A stretch of DNA of 61,110 nt, counting the filler, from a bacterium (GTDB taxonomy: Bacteria; JAJRZV01): NCBI GenBank assembly GCA_024275095.1. It is 5 parts of 5 records of this genome, joined end to end, with 100 filler letters (N's around TTAATTAATTAA, not from the genome) between each part and the next. Parts side by side here need not be neighbours in the genome. Positions count along the whole stretch, not along the records: positions 54,554 to 61,110 come from JAJRZV010000038.1; 4 more parts are not named here. The stretch is one strand, 5' to 3'. The translations under genes and the position numbers were made by a program. Under the pieces are notes generated by a model. The model made no database searches, was not told the origin of the DNA, and saw only the letters and a program-made list of their open reading frames with translations. Positions within the stretch are counted from its first letter, which is position 1. Each line of letters begins with the position of its first letter. This document shows positions 58,520 to 61,110 of the stretch, piece after piece.

Positions 58520-60885
58520 ATAATTTACTCCCGTATTTTTATCAGGCCCTTGACATGGTGAAAGAACTTGTTAAGACTGTGGATCCACTTTTCCTTGTCG
58601 CAGGAGCCGCGGGCTTTGCAGGGTTCATAGCAGTTCTTGTTGCGGGAGGTAGAGGAAAAGGGTCAATCCCACCTGAGGTAGAAGACCTTTACAATGCATA
58701 CCTGAAAGTGGGAGACCAGGTGAAAGCAGCGGAAGTGCTTGTAAAGTATGGCTTTGCTGCTCTCGCTTTTGAAATTCTTGAAAGTGCAGGGGCCAGATAC
58801 GCTATGGCAGACCTGCTCGTGAAAATGGAACGCTTCGAAGAGGCAGGAGCCATTTATGAAGATCTGGGCAGGATTACAGAGGCTGCTTCCATGTATCTTA
58901 AGGCTGGCAAACCCATGCGCGCGGAAGCGGTGATGAGAGAGGGGGGCAATTATCTGGGTGCTGCAATTGTCGCGGAGAAAAGTAACGAACATTATGCCGC
59001 TGCACGCAATTATGAAGAAATTGAGCTCTATGCAGCAGCTGCTGAAGCATATTTTCGCGTAGCAGATAATCTTAAAGCAGCAGAGAACTTCGAGAAAGCA
59101 TGGGAACGAGCAAGGAGACGGGGAGGAGGAGGATCCTTCACAGGCAGATATTTTGCCAGAAGAGCTGCTGAAGCTTACGAAAAGGCTGGGGAATTTCGAA
59201 GAGCCGCGGAAATGGCCTTGGCAGCAGGTGCAATGGATTTGGCTGCTCGTTTGAACGAAAAGGCCGGTGAACGAATTCAAGCGGCCAGGTGTTACCTTGA
59301 AGCGGGTATGATTGATGATGCTTATCGCATTGCCTCGACGATAAAGGCTGCTGGTCCGGATGCTCTTGTGCTAATGGGTAGGATATACGAAAGGCATGGA
59401 GATTCAAGTGTGGCCGCCTCTTTTTACAAGGAAGCAGGCGACTATGCAAATGCAGCACGTTTGTACGAACTTTCAGGTGAAAAGTCACTTGCTGCTCAGA
59501 TGTATGAGAAGCTGGGGCGACTGGACAAGGCCTTTGAGCTGTATGCGCAGGTGCCTGAGCATGGAAAGGCTGCAGAGGTTGCTGAAAAGTTGGGTCGTTT
59601 TGAAGAAGCAGCAGAACATTACGGACGCGCTGGTAACATTATCAAGCAGGCTGCAAGTCTCGTAAAAGCCGGTCAACTTACGAAAGCGGGCCACCTTCTG
59701 GTAGAACAGGGACTCTATGATCGTGCCCTGGCGATACTACAAAAGGTGCCGAAAGATGACCCTGAATATCCACACGTTCTCGCTGATATGACCCGCATTT
59801 TGAAAACCAAAGGAATGGACGAAGCTGCTCGCGAGAAGCTGGAAGATTATATCTCCACGGCCGGCGTTACAGAGGAAAACGTGACACTTTTTTATTCGTT
59901 AGCCTCTATATATGAGGATGTGGAAGATTACAATAAGGCTGCTGAGGTATATCGAACGATTATTGCCTCGGGTATAAATGCAGATCGTGCGGTGGAGAGG
60001 TTGAAAAGCATAGAAGAAATGAGCATGCGGAGGACGGAGCCAGCTCCCAGTGATACAAAATCGCTTGAAGTTACTGATACAGAGGAGTTCAAAAAGAAAT
60101 ATCAAATTATAGAAGAGGTGGGAATAGGTGGGATGGGAGTGGTGTATAAAGCACGCGATCTTTTCCTCGATCGTCTCGTGGCACTTAAAATTTTGCCCAA
60201 GTCGGTAAGAGATAACCCAAAGGCTCAGCGCAATCTTATGAAAGAAGCGAAGGCCGCGGCTTCGCTCAATCATCCCAACATTGTCACGGTGTATGAAGCG
60301 GGGTTTTTGAACAATATCCTTTATATTGCAATGGAATACATTGACGGCGTTACTCTCGCCCAATTAAAGGAAGAAGATGGGGTTCTTGAAGGTAAGTTGT
60401 TTCTGTACGTATTTGGTCAAGTAACACGGGCCCTTGCATACGCTCATAAAAATGGTATTGTCCACGGAGACGTGAAACCGGGAAATATCATGTGGACGGA
60501 AAATAAAATCGTCAAAATTACAGATTTTGGTCTTGCGAGAGCACTGGAAGAACTCAAGGGCGGCGTAACAACTGTTGCTGGTGGTACGCCTTATTACATG
60601 AGCCCCGAGCAGGTGCTGGGTTCCGGGCTGGATCAGAGAAGTGATATATATTCCCTCGGCGCGACCATGTACGAAATGATAGCGGGCCGGCCTCCTTTTA
60701 CAGAAGGAGATGTGGGATATCACCACATTCACACCCCTCCAGAGCCGGTGTCGAAGGTAAAACCTGGTGTCCATCCCGAAATAGAAAGAATTATTATGAA
60801 ATGTCTTGAGAAGGATCCTGCAAAGCGTTATCAGAATATGGAAGAAATTTTTGAAGATTTAAAGAAGGTCGTTAAAGGGAAATAG
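58516..60885 (+). CDS. Membrane-anchored Ser/Thr protein kinase with TPR-like helical repeats
   Basis: N-terminal TM; many AA..Y..aG repeats; GIGGMGVVY, VALK, HPNIV, HGDVKPGN, DFG, GTPYYMSPE, SDIYSLG. Confidence 0.93.
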   Translation: MNNLLPYFYQALDMVKELVKTVDPLFLVAGAAGFAGFIAVLVAGGRGKGSIPPEVEDLYNAYLKVGDQVKAAEVLVKYGFAALAFEILESAGARYAMADLLVKMERFEEAGAIYEDLGRITEAASMYLKAGKPMRAEAVMREGGNYLGAAIVAEKSNEHYAAARNYEEIELYAAAAEAYFRVADNLKAAENFEKAWERARRRGGGGSFTGRYFARRAAEAYEKAGEFRRAAEMALAAGAMDLAARLNEKAGERIQAARCYLEAGMIDDAYRIASTIKAAGPDALVLMGRIYERHGDSSVAASFYKEAGDYANAARLYELSGEKSLAAQMYEKLGRLDKAFELYAQVPEHGKAAEVAEKLGRFEEAAEHYGRAGNIIKQAASLVKAGQLTKAGHLLVEQGLYDRALAILQKVPKDDPEYPHVLADMTRILKTKGMDEAAREKLEDYISTAGVTEENVTLFYSLASIYEDVEDYNKAAEVYRTIIASGINADRAVERLKSIEEMSMRRTEPAPSDTKSLEVTDTEEFKKKYQIIEEVGIGGMGVVYKARDLFLDRLVALKILPKSVRDNPKAQRNLMKEAKAAASLNHPNIVTVYEAGFLNNILYIAMEYIDGVTLAQLKEEDGVLEGKLFLYVFGQVTRALAYAHKNGIVHGDVKPGNIMWTENKIVKITDFGLARALEELKGGVTTVAGGTPYYMSPEQVLGSGLDQRSDIYSLGATMYEMIAGRPPFTEGDVGYHHIHTPPEPVSKVKPGVHPEIERIIMKCLEKDPAKRYQNMEEIFEDLKKVVKGK

Positions 60886-61110
60886 GAAATATTTGGGTTG
60901 TGTCTCAGTAATTGTGTCTGCGAAGAAAGCATAAAGGTAAAGGGTGTAAGTAATATATTGACGGAAAGTCCCTATATAGAAAATAAAATAACCTCCTGGG
61001 TGAAAAAATCAAAAACCTGAGTAATATACACACTTTCGAGAGTAAGGGTATGTGACAGGGCTAAAGTGAGTTTTATGCTGAGGAGAATTTATCGTGCAGA
61101 AAGCAAAGAA

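Noticed and set aside
1-61110. CRISPR arrays, IS elements, integrases, prophage genes, rRNA
   Set aside because: No regularly spaced repeats, transposase/integrase motifs, phage genes or rRNA-like sequence seen.

Overview
The window is five bacterial contigs joined by 100-nt N/TTAATTAATTAA spacers (gaps at 29050-29149, 34566-34665, 44744-44843, 54454-54553), so adjacency across gaps carries no information. Gene content and order (pilMNOPQ-aroC-aroK/B, roadblock protein, sigma54 enhancer-binding protein, multiheme cytochrome, Ser/Thr kinase) suggest a deltaproteobacterium-like organism (inference). Most genes are housekeeping (gyrB, alaS, thyX, accBCD, folC, pycAB, tRNA-Ala) or lipid/steroid-type catabolism (SCP2 proteins, Cys-less thiolase-like + DUF35 pairs, Fe-ADH). 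The standout is 4.3-13.1 kb. A radical SAM/SPASM gene is followed by a 21-aa ORF that is absent from the ORF track (9821-9886, MKVLKIKKVVRQKAVCSWYLY). They are flanked by a TonB-dependent receptor, a peptide-binding-type periplasmic protein, a sensor kinase and a divergent sigma54 activator. Three palindromic enhancer-like sites and a -24/-12-like promoter lie upstream of the rSAM gene. Together this looks like a RiPP-based peptide signalling circuit. Second is a TetR/FAD-oxidoreductase/octaheme cytochrome/Rieske/cytochrome b operon. Several conserved genes carry single-base frameshifts or G>T nonsense changes that are probably assembly errors.
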